Shown in pieces: positions 50,270-62,893 of a stretch of DNA of 64,000 nt. This stretch comes from Lama guanicoe. Taxonomy: Eukaryota. The notes beneath the pieces are model-generated. The model saw only the letters and a list, made by a program, of their open reading frames with translations, was not told the origin of the DNA and made no database searches. Position 1 is the first letter of the stretch, and each line of letters starts with the position of its first letter. The stretch spans positions 2,096,927 to 2,160,926 of the forward strand of contig MU053513.1 in assembly GCA_013239625.1 (NCBI GenBank), given 5' to 3'. Made by a program: the position numbers and the translations under genes.

Positions 50270-51330
50270 AAAATGCCTAATAATCCATTTTCTATAAAAT
50301 AAAGGGCAAAGGACTTTGAACAGACATTTCTCAGAAGGGGACAGGCAAATGACCAATAGGTATAAGAAAAGGTACTCAGAATCACTAATAATCAGGAAAA
50401 TGCAAATCAAACCAGAATGGTATCAGCTCACATACCTGTTAGAAAGGCTGTTATCAAAAGACAAAAGGTAACAAGTGTTGGTGAGGATGTGAGTAAAGGA
50501 GAAAACTTGTGTGCTGTTGGTGGGAATGTAAATTGGTTTAGTCACAAAGGAAAACAGCATGGAGATTCCTCGAAAAACTGAAAAAGAGAACTACCTCATA
50601 ATTTAGCAATCCCACTTCTGGGGATACATCCAAAGGAAATAAAACCAGTATCTCAAAGAGCTATCTGCACCCTCAGGATCACCGGAGCATTATTCACAAG
50701 AACCAAGATATGGAAACACCCTAAATGTCCCTTGACCAATGAATGGGTAAAGAAAATGTGTTATATGTATATGCACAACTAAATATTATCCAGCCTTAAA
50801 CAAACAGGAAATCTTTCCATTTGTGACAACATTGATGAACCTGGAAGACACAATGTTAAGTGTAATAAGCCAGACACAGAAAGACAAATACTGCGTGATC
50901 TCACTTACATGTGGAACCTAAAACAGTCAAACTCACAGGTGCAAAGAGAAGAATGGTGGCCGCCAGGGGCTGGGTGGAGGGGGAGATGGCGAGATGTTGG
51001 TCAAAGGGTGCAAGGTATCAGTGATGTAAGATGAGTAAGTTTTGGAGATCTAATGTACAGCAATGTGACTACATATAGTCAACAGTATTGTACTGTATAC
51101 TTGAACTTTGCTAAGAAGGTAGATCTCCAATGTTCTCATCACAAATTTTTTTTTAAAAAAGAAGAAAGCTGTTACTATGTGAGGTGATGGATGTGTTAGT
51201 TAGCTTGACTGTGCTGATTATTTTGCAATATATACATATATATATATATACATATATACCAAAACATCACATTGAATGCCTTAAATAATACAATTTTTAT
51301 TTATCAATTATACCTCAAAAAAGTGAAAAA
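50270..51330 (+). mobile_element. L1MA/L1MB-type 3' end (ORF2 C-terminus and 3'UTR)
   Basis: gaacagacatttctc; gctgttggtgggaatgtaaattgg; ataagccagacacagaaagacaaatactg; caattatacctcaaaaaa. Confidence 0.88.
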
Positions 51331-51573
51331 GTTACGAGACAAAGTAGTAGACCTTAGGGAAGAGAAGTATTACTAGTGCTAAAGAGTGTCATTTCATTAT
51401 GATACAAGCTTTAATTATCCAGGAAGAAATAACGACTCTTAATCTGCATGACCCAATAATATAGGCTCACAGTTTACTGATCTTGGACAGAACTAAAAGA
51501 AGAAAATTACAAATCCACAACCATAGTGGGAGATTTTAATATACCTTTCCAAGTAATTGACAGAACAAGTGGC

Positions 51574-51798
51574 AAAAAAAAAAAAAAAAATAAGAATGGG
51601 AAAAAAAAAAAAAAAAATAAGAATGGGAAAAAAAAAAAAAAAAATAAGAATGGGAAAAAAAAAAAAAAAAATAAGAATGGGAAAAAAAAAAAAAAAAATA
51701 AGAATGGGAAAAAAAAAAAAAAAAATAAGAATGGGAAAAAAAAAAAAAAAAATAAGAATGGGAAAAAAAAAAAAAAAAATAAGTATGGGAAAAAAAAA
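51574..51798. repeat. Minisatellite (A17 TAAGAATGGG)x8, 27-bp unit, followed by A9
   Basis: Units start at 51574 and every 27 bp up to 51789. The last unit reads TAAGTATGGG. Confidence 0.95.
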
Positions 51799-54008
51799 TC
51801 AGTAAGGATATAGAAGATAGAATTAACAAATTAATGTATTTTTATAAAGTATAACCATCAAGTTGAACATAGGCACTTTTAAAACACAGACAGAAAATTT
51901 ATAAAAGTTGCCCATGTTCTGAGCCATAAAGGAAACCTAAACCAATTTCAAGTCATCACTTTATCTTTAATGATTACAGGGGAAGTAAACTTTGCATAAA
52001 TAATGAAAATATAAATAGAAAATCCCCATGTTTGGAAAATAAGCAATACATTTCCATATAATTCCTGGGTTAAAGAAAACACGATAGAAATACAAAATAT
52101 TTTTAATTAAATTATTATGAAATGATGCCCTTCCAGAACTTGTGAGCTAGAACTGTGTCTACAGTTAGAGGGACACTCAGTGCCTTTGATGAATAAATCA
52201 GGGGAAAAAACGAAGGTTGAAATTAGTGATCTAAGCATCCATCCTAAAATGGTAGAAAAAAAAAAAAAGGAAAAAATTAGACCTTAAAAAGGTCTACTAA
52301 AATGTAGAAAGAAGGGAAAATAATGAGTAGAAATCACATAAACACAATTTAAATGCATAATTAATACATTATAGCTAAGGGCTCGTTCTTTGCAAACACT
52401 AATAAAATTAATATTCCCTGGTGAAACTAGTCAAGGAAAAGAAAAGGCACAAATAAATATTGAGCATAAAAAGGGATGCACCCCAAATACTCTACAGAAA
52501 CCAAGACGATAAAAGAAAATATTAAGAAAAACTTCGTGAAAACAAGTTGGAAAATTTATATGAAATGGACAAATTTCTAGAAAAACAATTCTCCCAAACC
52601 AAAAAAAAAAAAAGAATAAAGCCAGAATGGTTCCATATTTATAGATATTAAATCCATAATTCAAAACTCTCACACAAAGAAAATTCTGAATCCAGATGGC
52701 CTCACCAGTGAATTGTACCAGACACCAATCTAACAGAAACCCTTCTACTTAAATATAAAGGAGAGAGCATTTCTCAATTCATTTTATTAGACTTGCATAG
52801 TCTTTGAATCCACAGCCTGACAAGGACACTAAAAGAAATAAAAATTATAGGTCAATCTCGCTCAAGAACACACACGCAAAAATTCTAAGTAAAATATTAA
52901 CAAACCGATCCATTGATATATAAAAAGGATTATATACACCATGACCAATTTGGGTTTATTCCATGAATGAAAAATGTGTTTACTGTTTAAAAATCAAGCA
53001 CTGGTATTTACCCAACCAACAGAATAAAAGAGGAAAAAAATCATATGATCACATTAATAAATATGAAAAAGGAATGCAACACCCAAATTTTGCCTGAAGT
53101 TTGCAGCTCACAAATGAGAATCTTTTAGACACCATCCTCCTAGAGAGGAGACCAGATAAACAGGTAGGCAATTTTTTTCCCCAGGATAGGAGAAGCAATT
53201 AATCTCGATGGGGGATCTCTCCAAATTAAGTTTGACGTGGACAGGTGGAAGGTTCTAGACACAGGAACAGATGAACTGGGACCCCAGTACATATGAAGTT
53301 CCATCATCTGTCTTCTGGGTCTATTCTCTTTTCCCAACTAACACGCATGGGCTCTGCACCACGCAGCTTGGTTATAAACTCCGTAACTTGAGCTATTAAG
53401 ACCCCTGGGCTTATAGAAAAGGACAAAAAGTAGAAGAATGTGCATCTCTAAGGAAAGGAAGTTCAAGACTCCCTTCCATTCTTCCTCATCCTCCTCTCTT
53501 CACTTTTGAGGAGAAAGAGGTGGCAAAAGTTGGTTAGAGTCGGACTTTTCACTGAGCCATCATCCTAGGTAGGGGTGTGATTTCTCTCACTTGGGATCCT
53601 CTCTTTTATTTCCAGGAGGTTGAGAAGTAATACCCATTTCTCTTTCTCTCTGCTGCTCACCTTTCTTTTTGAACTTGCTTCTTTCTGTGCAGCAAGTGAG
53701 ATCAGCTGGACTTAATTTTCAGAAGGTCTGCACTGGGCAGCTCTAAGCACAGGCACCATTTACAGTTTTTTGCCCTTACTTCCTGGCTTCTCCAATGGCA
53801 TTCCCTGGATCAACACTTCTGTGACAATAGTGTGACAATCTGAGACTTAGGGGGCGGGATGATGGTTGGAGGAGGTCTCCTGGCCTGCTTTGGCCCTAGG
53901 CTCTAACCTGCCAGTAGCTGGGATAAAAAGAATTCTCCATGTGGGTCAGACGATACTTTGGGCTCCACTGGGTTTAAAGACAAAGTTTCACAGTAAAAGA
54001 ATATATAT

Positions 54009-54062
54009 ACACACACACACACATACACACACACACACATACACACACACACACACACACAC
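54009..54062. repeat. Interrupted (CA)n microsatellite
   Basis: Read directly from the sequence. Confidence 0.9.
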
Positions 54063-54514
54063 TGCTGTCCCTGCATATATTTGATTCAGGGATCATGATA
54101 GAGGACCAGCAGACTGAGCATAGAACTGCTTGCTCCCTAAATATAACTCCAACCTCTCATACTTCCAACGATCAGTACAGAGGATTAGGCTTCGATTAGA
54201 AGGAGGAGTAAGACATTTTCTCTGACCTTAAGGAGCTCATAGTTTAGTAGTTGAGATGAACAGATAATTATAATACAATATGACTACCACAATGTTTAAA
54301 AAAATACGAGAATAAAGAGGAGGGCCACTTCCATATGGCAATTCTTGTAATACCTGATGCCAGTTAGCATAGTCTCCCTAAGTCTTCTCTTTTCTCCAAG
54401 ACAAATGCCATTCCAGCTCTCCATTATTGTTACAATTACATGAAATTCCAGGAATTATATGAAGTCTGTTTCACTGGGACACACTTTGATAATAATGTGA
54501 AGAAAACCCTACAG

Positions 54515-54700
54515 CCATGTTACTGTGGTCCTTACGCCAGCTGCCCTTGCCGGGGCATCCCCTGGACGCTTGTCAGAAATGCGCATTCATGAGCTCTGCT
54601 CCAGTCTACTGAGTCAGAAGCTCTGGAGATGGGAGCCAGGAACCTGTGTTTTAACCTCGGCTTTGTATTACAAGAAACCCTGCAGGTAGACATGGACACT
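54515..54700. mobile_element. MER5A-like hAT MITE
   Basis: gcttgtcagaaatgcgcatt...ccagtctactgagtcagaagctctggagatgggagccaggaacctgtgttttaac. Confidence 0.75.
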
Positions 54701-57314
54701 CAAAATAGTAACTTCATGAAGTTGCAGGGTCTTTAAAAGTAAAATGACAATAAAAATCAGAAGTGGATCAAGTTAATTAAGCACGAAAATGAAAGAAATT
54801 GTTCTGTTTCACTTACGGAGAAACCTACTATGTGAAACTTCATTTTTATAGTTTGGGCATTTCTTGTTGGTAGCCTGTATTCTATCCATTTCCATGGCCC
54901 TGCGGTGACCTCTTACAGTTCACATACATGTTGCTTCTACTGCATGAGTTAGGTAGTTATCTAGGTTACTCTGTCCTTTCATAATTTGTCACAAGCCAGA
55001 TTAATCATATCTTCTGAACAGAGTAAACCATTAATGGTTTCAAAAAGAAATCATTAGTTTATGAAAAGTACATTTCTGTGGTTTGATTTTTAAGGTGCAA
55101 ATCTCTATTTCAACAAAAGCAATTGGGGAACATTAAGCTGCCAAGATGTAGGAATTTAATGAAGAGGAAAAGATTAAGGTTTTATTTAATACATACCAGG
55201 TTGACAATATAGAAATGAATGTAAACTTACAGGGCTACTTTTTTCAAGACGTCTTTTCCTGAGCAGTGCTTTGATTATGCAGGCATCCATTTCATTCATG
55301 TGTCTATCCATTCATTAAATATTTACTAAGATCCTATTACCAGCCAGAAATTGAAGTCCAGGAAAGGTAGATTGAGACTAGATGGGCTGGCATTGCCTCC
55401 CACGCTAAGCATTTGGGGAATATGTCTTATAAACATGGAAGTAATTTATTTTGTGCCTTAGAATGAGTGCCAATGGCAGTGCAGGGAGCAGACTGGATGG
55501 AGCGAGACTGGAGGCAAGTAGATCACCTGGAAATGCTAATGCACCTGAACTGTCTGTGTGATGTGCCCCTTATGAATAGTGGTCAAATGAAATATAAAGT
55601 AAAACATGATCATTATGCTTAATATTGTCTTTAAAGATGTGCTTGATTTTAATGATTATTTAGCAAACAGGAGAAACCACTAGAGCCAGCATTAGGCAAA
55701 CAGCCCCAGTTCTGACATTGGAAGGGAGAGTGGAATGAAGGCAAATGGGTAGAACCAAAAAATATACCAGCTGTTCCACACTGGTGGGATGAGCAAGCCA
55801 TGCCTGCCTGGGTCGCAGTGGTCAGATTATGCCTCTGCACCTCTGCTGCCTGTGACTCAGGACTGACTGGACCACAGAAAACAGTATCGATCAAGAGGCA
55901 GTCAAATGACTGTATGATGCTGTTGGGTGATGGTACCAGACCCAGCCACAGAAATCACCACAGGGACAGACCTTGAGGAAGTGGAATATCTCAGTCTATG
56001 GCTAATCCTGACCCTAAGCCAACTTCTAAGCCAGCCCCTCTCTATACTACGCCTCTTTACAAACATTTAAATCCATAATATTGACAATAGAAGTACCTCT
56101 CCATGAGATCCTGTCACTGATAGGCAGGCACAGACCTGACGTACATTGTCAACTACATTCTAAATCATGGAAGCAAAGAAGATAGGGAAGAATTCTTAAA
56201 GACCATGTGGTCCAAATCCCTGTTTGATCGACCGCGTAGCAATCAGTTTTCCAAGAAACAAGCTGCTAGAGCTAAATACAGTACATATTTTTACTTGCAT
56301 CATATAAGATAAAATACATTCATTTTATAAACCAAAAACAGTGCAGTTTCTCCCTGACCTACCTATTTTAGATGACTGGAGTTTGTGCTTTGAGACATAC
56401 TGTATCCATTCAAAGGCAGTATTAGAATTCTAAAGTGATTTAGAAATTAAAGCAAAAAGTACCTTCTCAAATCTTTTAAAAGCATTTCCTGGAAGAAAAT
56501 TAAAGAGTATATTAAATGCTTACTGATATAGGAATGTACAGTAGACAAGAAATTATGTAATAGTTCCAATACTACGCCAGGCTCAGACTCCTGAGTGGAA
56601 AATTGGCTGAAAACTCACCTCAAAATGCCATTATTGAAGATTTCCATTTTTAGTTTAGATGGAAGTACTTTTTTTTTAAACTCTGGTGTCATTTCAAAGA
56701 AAAAACTGGTATCTTTTTCTCAGGTGTTAAGTTATCTTGATTTGTGTGGCTTGAAAGAAGCTAACACTTCAAAACAAGATGTATGCTGAATACAGTTCTC
56801 TTTCACACTCATCTGCCTTGATTGCTTAGCATTCACTCAAACACAAAGGCTGTCTCCAAGGAAATGCAGAAAAGACGATTAAGCTATTAGTGGCTGGAGG
56901 AGGGGCGATGGTTCCCCTCCATTCCTTAGACGTTACATTATCTCTCTGTTTAGCTTATCTGAGAGTAACTCTTCTCATTCATATTAACAATGATGAAAAC
57001 TACTTTAAACTCACATCCTCAGACAACATTTGAGGCATTAAGACTCAAACAAGTTCTAGTCAGAATCTGAGAACGTATCTTTAGAACATCTTGTTCTCAA
57101 GATTTTCACGAGCATCCTAAGTATGAGAACCACTAAGGAACATTTCTCCATTCTTCTGCTCGTTCAATTCACAAGTGCTTTTTAAAACTATTCTAATATG
57201 TGCTTACAAGGGGTTAAACTAGATCACTACTCTTTTATTCATTTCTTTTTCTTTTAAAAAATCTGATAAGCAGAGTTCTAGCCCTACTTGGAAGTGCATT
57301 TATAGGTGTCCCCT

Positions 57315-57540
57315 TCAGGTCAACAAACATTTATTGAGCAGCTACTATGAGCCAGCTACCATATTAGATGAACGAGATGCAAAAGGGGAAAGACATGGTC
57401 CCAGGCCACAAGGATCTCCCAGTCCTGTGTTGAAGCAGACACAGAAACTATTATTTCAATACAGTGGGCATTCCATTCTGTTGGAATACAATTCCAAATG
57501 GAAGCCAGGGCAGGATACAATAGAGGCACAGAATAGGGCC
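57315..57540 (-). mobile_element. L2 3' end
   Basis: tcaacaaacatttattgagcagctactatgagccag. Confidence 0.7.
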
Positions 57541-57783
57541 TGGAGCTGTGAAGCTTGTGGCGCATATGAATACCACGCAGCTATATGGGATGTCACCTTT
57601 CCCCAGAAACTTTCCAGGGCTCTGCTTTTCCTGGAGACAGTGTGCAGAGGAAAGAAATGAAGAGGTTATAGCCAAGTCTATGTCTGGTAAGCAAACATGG
57701 GTCTATGAGAAATACTGCTGATACAATCAAATTATCCTTCCATCACTCACTCATTCACTTAGTGAGATTTTGTTGAGGACTAC

Positions 57784-58369
57784 TGTTAGAGCAGGCAGGT
57801 AGCTAGATAAGCAGAGAAAGGGGGACATGGACCAAATGGCAGAAATCCATACATCTTGTGAACAACGGGGGTCCTTGGATAGACCAAGAAAAACAGGATC
57901 CTCTGGACTGATAAAAAACATACTTTCTGGGTTGCTAAGTGTCCTGGGGGTAGAAGGGTAGGACGGACAGGAATCCCTATTTTCCAAATGTAACCTTTTG
58001 ATCATTATGACCTCTGTCCAAATGTAACCTGTTGCTTATGATACCCCCATCTGAATGTAACATTTGTTCACTATGACCTCATCCAACTTCCCGATCAAGA
58101 CTAAATAAGAACAAAAAATTCCTCCTCCCCACCTGGGAGTTCAGGAAAGACGACCCCAAACCCCTCCCCATCAATGAATATTCTGCCTATTCATTTTTTA
58201 CACCCATATGATGAGCTTGCCAAGGAAACTCGGGGCAACTACCCTCCTGGGTCTGCTCACTCTTTCCTTGAAAGCATACTGTCTATTCCTTAATAAATCT
58301 TTGCTTTGCTTCTTGACCTCCGTGTCGTTTCTGAATTCTTCCTGCGACAAGAACCTCTTGCCTACAACA
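57784..58369 (+). mobile_element. ERV1-class solo LTR, 586 bp
   Basis: TGTT...AACA inverted termini, 4-bp flanks ctac/ctgc, AATAAA at 58292-58297, U5-like ctgaattcttcctgcgacaagaacc. It sits in an L2 tail remnant. Confidence 0.85.
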
Positions 58370-60254
58370 CTGCCAAGCACCAGAAGTACAGTAGCTGCAT
58401 TTTGTATTAAAAATGTAGCTCAAAATGTGGCCTCCAGCTCTAAATTGCTCTGATGTAACAGAAAGTAATGAACTCTAGGTTTATTTTAAGATGTTGATGG
58501 TCTGGTAGTCATTGCCATTTCCAGATTAGTGAGCTAAGCTGAGACTCCCCAGTGAAATGATCGGCACCGTATGTAAAATCAGGACTCTTCCTGACAATCA
58601 GGAGTAGTCTCTGTGGGTACCCCCATCCCACTCCATGCTCCTTTAAATACAACCACACTTCCAGGAGGAGGGTAAAGGTTTTGGTTTTTTCCTAAAAAGA
58701 CCCAATAAATGGCTTGGTAGATTCACTGTCCTAGGACATCTGGGATGGGAATTCAGTGTTACAGTCTCCAGTCTATACTCCACAGATGTGGCCCATCCGA
58801 AGGCTTTCTATCTGGAACGGGCAGAGGGACATCGCTGCTAATGACCACAGTGCTCTGGACTCAGCTTCGACAGCTTTCTCAACACAGCAGGCCAGAGAGC
58901 CATCAATCATCTGAGTACAGTACACCAGATGAAATATTTTTGCTACTGCTGGTTTATCCACATTAGTGAGGTGGCTCCACATGCCACTCATGAAAATTAG
59001 CTTCAGCCTCACTCCATAGTCATGCTGAGTAACACACACACACACACACACACCCCTAACTGGATTTTCAATGTTAAGTAGCGGTGGAGACAAGAGGTTT
59101 TTTTTTGTTTTTGTTTCTGTTTTTAATAAAACCAATGAAGTTTTCCTCCAAAATTGACGATTTCTACTTTCAGTGTTCTACTCAGTGTTTTTAGCAGGCT
59201 AACTTATGGCTTACTTCCTCATTAATAAATGAGTAATTTCCCAAGGCTCTAGAAGAAAACAGCCTTTATAAAAATGCGTCTTTTCAAACTGTCCTGGTGC
59301 CAATGAGTTGACACCAGACTTTCAAGTCTTTTTGGGCCACAGCAGCAGCTGCCTTCATCTTTGCCTTTCTGCTTGAACAGGGAGCCAGAGTGCTGAAATA
59401 AAATCACTCTAACAGGGTATTTTTAGATTATTAATTTAGTGCTTTGAAATCCAGGAATGATTTGGGAAGAAACAAATCTGAGCTGAAAACCCTTTCCAAA
59501 TATTTCTCTCCTACCTATTTATCTATCACTCTCTTATCTATCCATCCCTGTGTAGGTATAAACATATATACACGTATACATAGACACTGTTGAAAAGATA
59601 ATACATATTAGAATATTTGGAAGTTCAAGAAAAACATACTTGGGTAAATTTCCAGAAGGCTCATTATTAAATTGGAATAGAAAGCAAAGGATCATGGATA
59701 TGGAAAGACCCACCAGAGATTTTAAATCATCATCCATTTTATTATCACTTAATCATATACTCATTCATTCAGCAAATATTGATGTTCAAGGTGTGCAAAA
59801 ATAATATTAAAGAATTCCTAAAAGTTTCTAGACAAGAAAAATCAATGTTTGGCTCTAACAGTTTGCCTTAATGCTTAACAGTTGGTACTTTGAAAGAGGT
59901 TTTCCTCATAAGCACTTCAAAATTATTTTCTTAAATACAAATACATTTACTCAGCAGAGAAGAACCAGACAACATACTATTTATAAAATTCTTAGACATG
60001 CTTGGGACAACAGTTACGAGGAAATGACAATGAAGACAAGTAATGACTTTGAAGTAAACAGAACTTGTAAAACTAAATGCGCTCTCTCCTTCAAAACAGA
60101 CCTTCTGGGAAATTAAAAATTCATTTTAATATGCTGTCCATTGTTCAAAACGTTTCTGGGACTGCCTTTTGGATCTAACTCTAAAGAGGTTCTTTTAAGT
60201 GGTAAATCCCAGTCCTTGGAGACTAGCCTAGACCTTTTTAATCGCTCAGGGAGA

Positions 60255-60420
60255 CAGTGCAGTTGGGTGGAAAGAGCACTGGACACAGGAGTGTGGGTTG
60301 CTTCTTCTGGCTCAGGAGTTGGGGGTGCTTACCCTAGCTTTCACATTAACTAGATTTGTGAAACCCAGGCAGTCACTTAATCTCTCTGGGCCTCAGTTTT
60401 CTCATTTACAAAAGGAGATC
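60255..60420 (+). mobile_element. MIR
   Basis: gtggaaagagcactggac...gtcacttaatctctctgggcctcagttttctcatt. Confidence 0.75.
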
Positions 60421-61009
60421 AGTAGCTACCAAGCTTTTTAAATTTGAAGATTCTTTTTAAAGCTTTTTAAAAAGAGATGCTAACAATTTCCATGTAGTAA
60501 AAGCTATACTTTTGCTGTCAGTTGATTGAGAAAGTACTTATTTTGCCTACTTTTGTTTGCCTCTGGAATGACTCAGCAACTCCCAGAGACAGGGACCAAC
60601 AGTTATGATATGCAGGATAAAGCAGCCTCTAAAATTTGTGCTTCTGTGAATCTTCATATTCATGGAGGACATTATTTAAAGCATGAATGGGAAGATTTTT
60701 TTTTTGCCATGATTCACAGGGAAAAAAGGAGAAGGAACTGAGGACTACACCAGATTAAATGCAATAGTCAAGTGCTACTCAGTACTTTAGAAAATTTGTC
60801 ACTACACTTATCTGATGCAAACAAATATACACATATTACCCTTCATCCCATCCACATGTATGGACAAGTACCAGTGACTATGTATTCAAACAATGCTCAG
60901 ACGCATGAGAGAGCCTTCTGAGTCAATATTTTAATAAAGGATCATGATGGGAAGTTAAACAGTAAGTTAGAGGTGGCTCACCCTGTTTTTATAAGACATA
61001 GAAATTTGC

Positions 61010-61830
61010 TGCTAACAGATAGAACTACAATTGATTTGTACATTGACCTTGTATTCTGACCTTGCTAAATTTATTAGTTTTGGTAGTCATTTTGTAGATT
61101 CCTTAAGATTTTCTTTGTAAACTATCATGCTATACACAAGTACAGACAGTTTTACTTCTTCCTTTCCCATGTTTATGCCTTTAATTTATTTTTCTTGTCT
61201 TGGTGTATTATTTAGAACCTCCAGTACAAAGTTTAACAGATGTAGTAAGAGTGGACATCTCTCCAGTTCCCAATCTTAGGGGGAAAATACTCAATATTTC
61301 ATCATTAAGTATGATATTAACTATTGGTTTTTTCATAGATGCTTCTTATCAGACTAAAAGAATTCCCTTCTATTCTCAATTTGCTGAGTTTTTTTCCATG
61401 AACCAATGTTGAATGTTGTCAGAGGCTTTTTCTGCCATTGTGGCCAAAGAACATACTCTATCAAATTTCAAGCTTTTAAAATTTATTAAGATTTGTGCTG
61501 TAGCCTAGTATATGGCTTATCTTCATGAAAGTCTCTTGTGTACTCAAAAATAATGTCTATTCTGCAGTTGTTGGTAGATTCATATATTTTGAAGCTTCTT
61601 TTTATTACGTATATACAGATTATAAATTTCCTGTCTTTCTGATGAGTTGACCTTTTTATCACAATGAAATGTTCCTCTTTACTTCTGGTAATGGTCTTTG
61701 TCTTAAAGTCTACCCTAATACCAATAAAGTCATTCCAGATTTCTTTTATTTTGTATTTGTAGGGTACATCTTTTTTCTGTTCATTATTTTCAACCAGTCT
61801 GTGCCTTTAGTTTTAAAAAGCAACTCTTAC
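61010..61830 (-). mobile_element. Old L1M ORF2 fragments
   Basis: gaccttgctaaatt; gacagttttacttcttcctttcc; agaacctccagtacaa; tgtctattctgcagttgttgg. Confidence 0.8.
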
Positions 61831-62419
61831 AAAACTAAAGTATGTTTCTACCAAAACAGTAAAAATCCCAGTTGAATCTTTCTGTAAAGGTAAGAGTCCT
61901 TTTGTAGTGAAAACAACCCTGTTTATTCATCATAGAAGTTCAGCATCTCTGACATTTTTTAATAAGATGGGGGCACACCTGTGAACGTATTCACTCTACA
62001 CAGAATATAATGCACTTAGTGACAGTGAGGATCTGAGAACGGTATCGTGGGCTTCCAAAATATACAACAGCTAGTTTAATTTGAATTTATATTTTTGGTA
62101 ATTACTGAGGAGACTCAAATTATAACTGCATCTGCACTTTCTCAAGGAACTGGCCTTTTCTGTTAAAGACATTAAGGAATTGAGCCTGGAAATGAAGGAA
62201 ATACAGGAGTTTGTGTTTGAGTGAATCATTGTGCAAAAAATGCAAGATGTTAACATTGGGAAAGCCTTTTATCACTCATCTTTATCAAGAGTTCTGGGGA
62301 AATAAAACCAATGTGTATTGGCATTAAAAAAATGAAGATGTAGCTACAGAACAATGACTATATGCAGGCTGGGTCGAAGACAAAAAATAGATGCAGAATT
62401 CTCTGCCTTCATGAACTGT

Positions 62420-62893
62420 ATTTATGCAGTCTATTTCCCCTTGTCTCTCTGGCCCCACTGTCCACCGTTCTCTCCCCAGCTCGGTGCCCTGGCTGGTTGA
62501 CTTTCTGGAATGAATCAATGGGTTCTCTTCCCTCTGGCTTCCAGTTGCTTTTGGCCTATGGTAAACACGAGCAGGAGATCTGAGGAAGGGAGGGGAGGAA
62601 AGCCTGGACATGTATGCCCTTGGTTCTTGTCCTGTGGGGTCATCACAGGCTGAAGGTCAAGGCTTCTGTAAGGGAGCCTTCTTCATTTATCTGACTTTTT
62701 TCTAGGTTCAAGTAACTTCTTCCTCCTACTGAATCTGTAAGCCTGGGTATGGATGGTAACTGATCCCATTTTCACCAGCCTCGTGATACTGAACTAACCT
62801 TTGTAGCTTCCTTGTGTCCTTTTTCAATAGTTTCTTTATTAAACACTCTTGTTTAGCCTGTTCCATATCTTTCCTGTTGGCACTTGACTGACA
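62420..62893 (+). mobile_element. ERVL LTR relic (LTR33-like)
   Basis: ccctctggcttccagttgcttttggcctatgg...agcaggagatctgaggaagggagg; ctttattaaac; ends tgactgaca. Confidence 0.65.

Larger units (their letters stand above)
48340..53080 (+). mobile_element. Old fragmented L1M (ORF1 relic ~48600-49300, ORF2 EN/RT relic ~49920-50020 and 51330-53080) carrying several nested insertions
   Basis: catgtcatagtaaaactgctgaaa; gaaacaatgaaagccagaaaacaatgaaatgacatcttt; atagtgggagattttaat (VGDFN); ccagatggcctcaccagtgaattgtacca; aattataggtcaatctcgctc. Confidence 0.8.

Noticed and set aside
51574..51789. CRISPR-like regular array
   Set aside because: The 'spacers' are identical homopolymers, there are no cas genes and the context is a mammalian intron.
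51526..51829. Lys-rich and Phe-rich repetitive ORFs (KKKKKNKNG)n
   Set aside because: They are translations of the 27-bp A-rich minisatellite inside a dead L1, not a gene.
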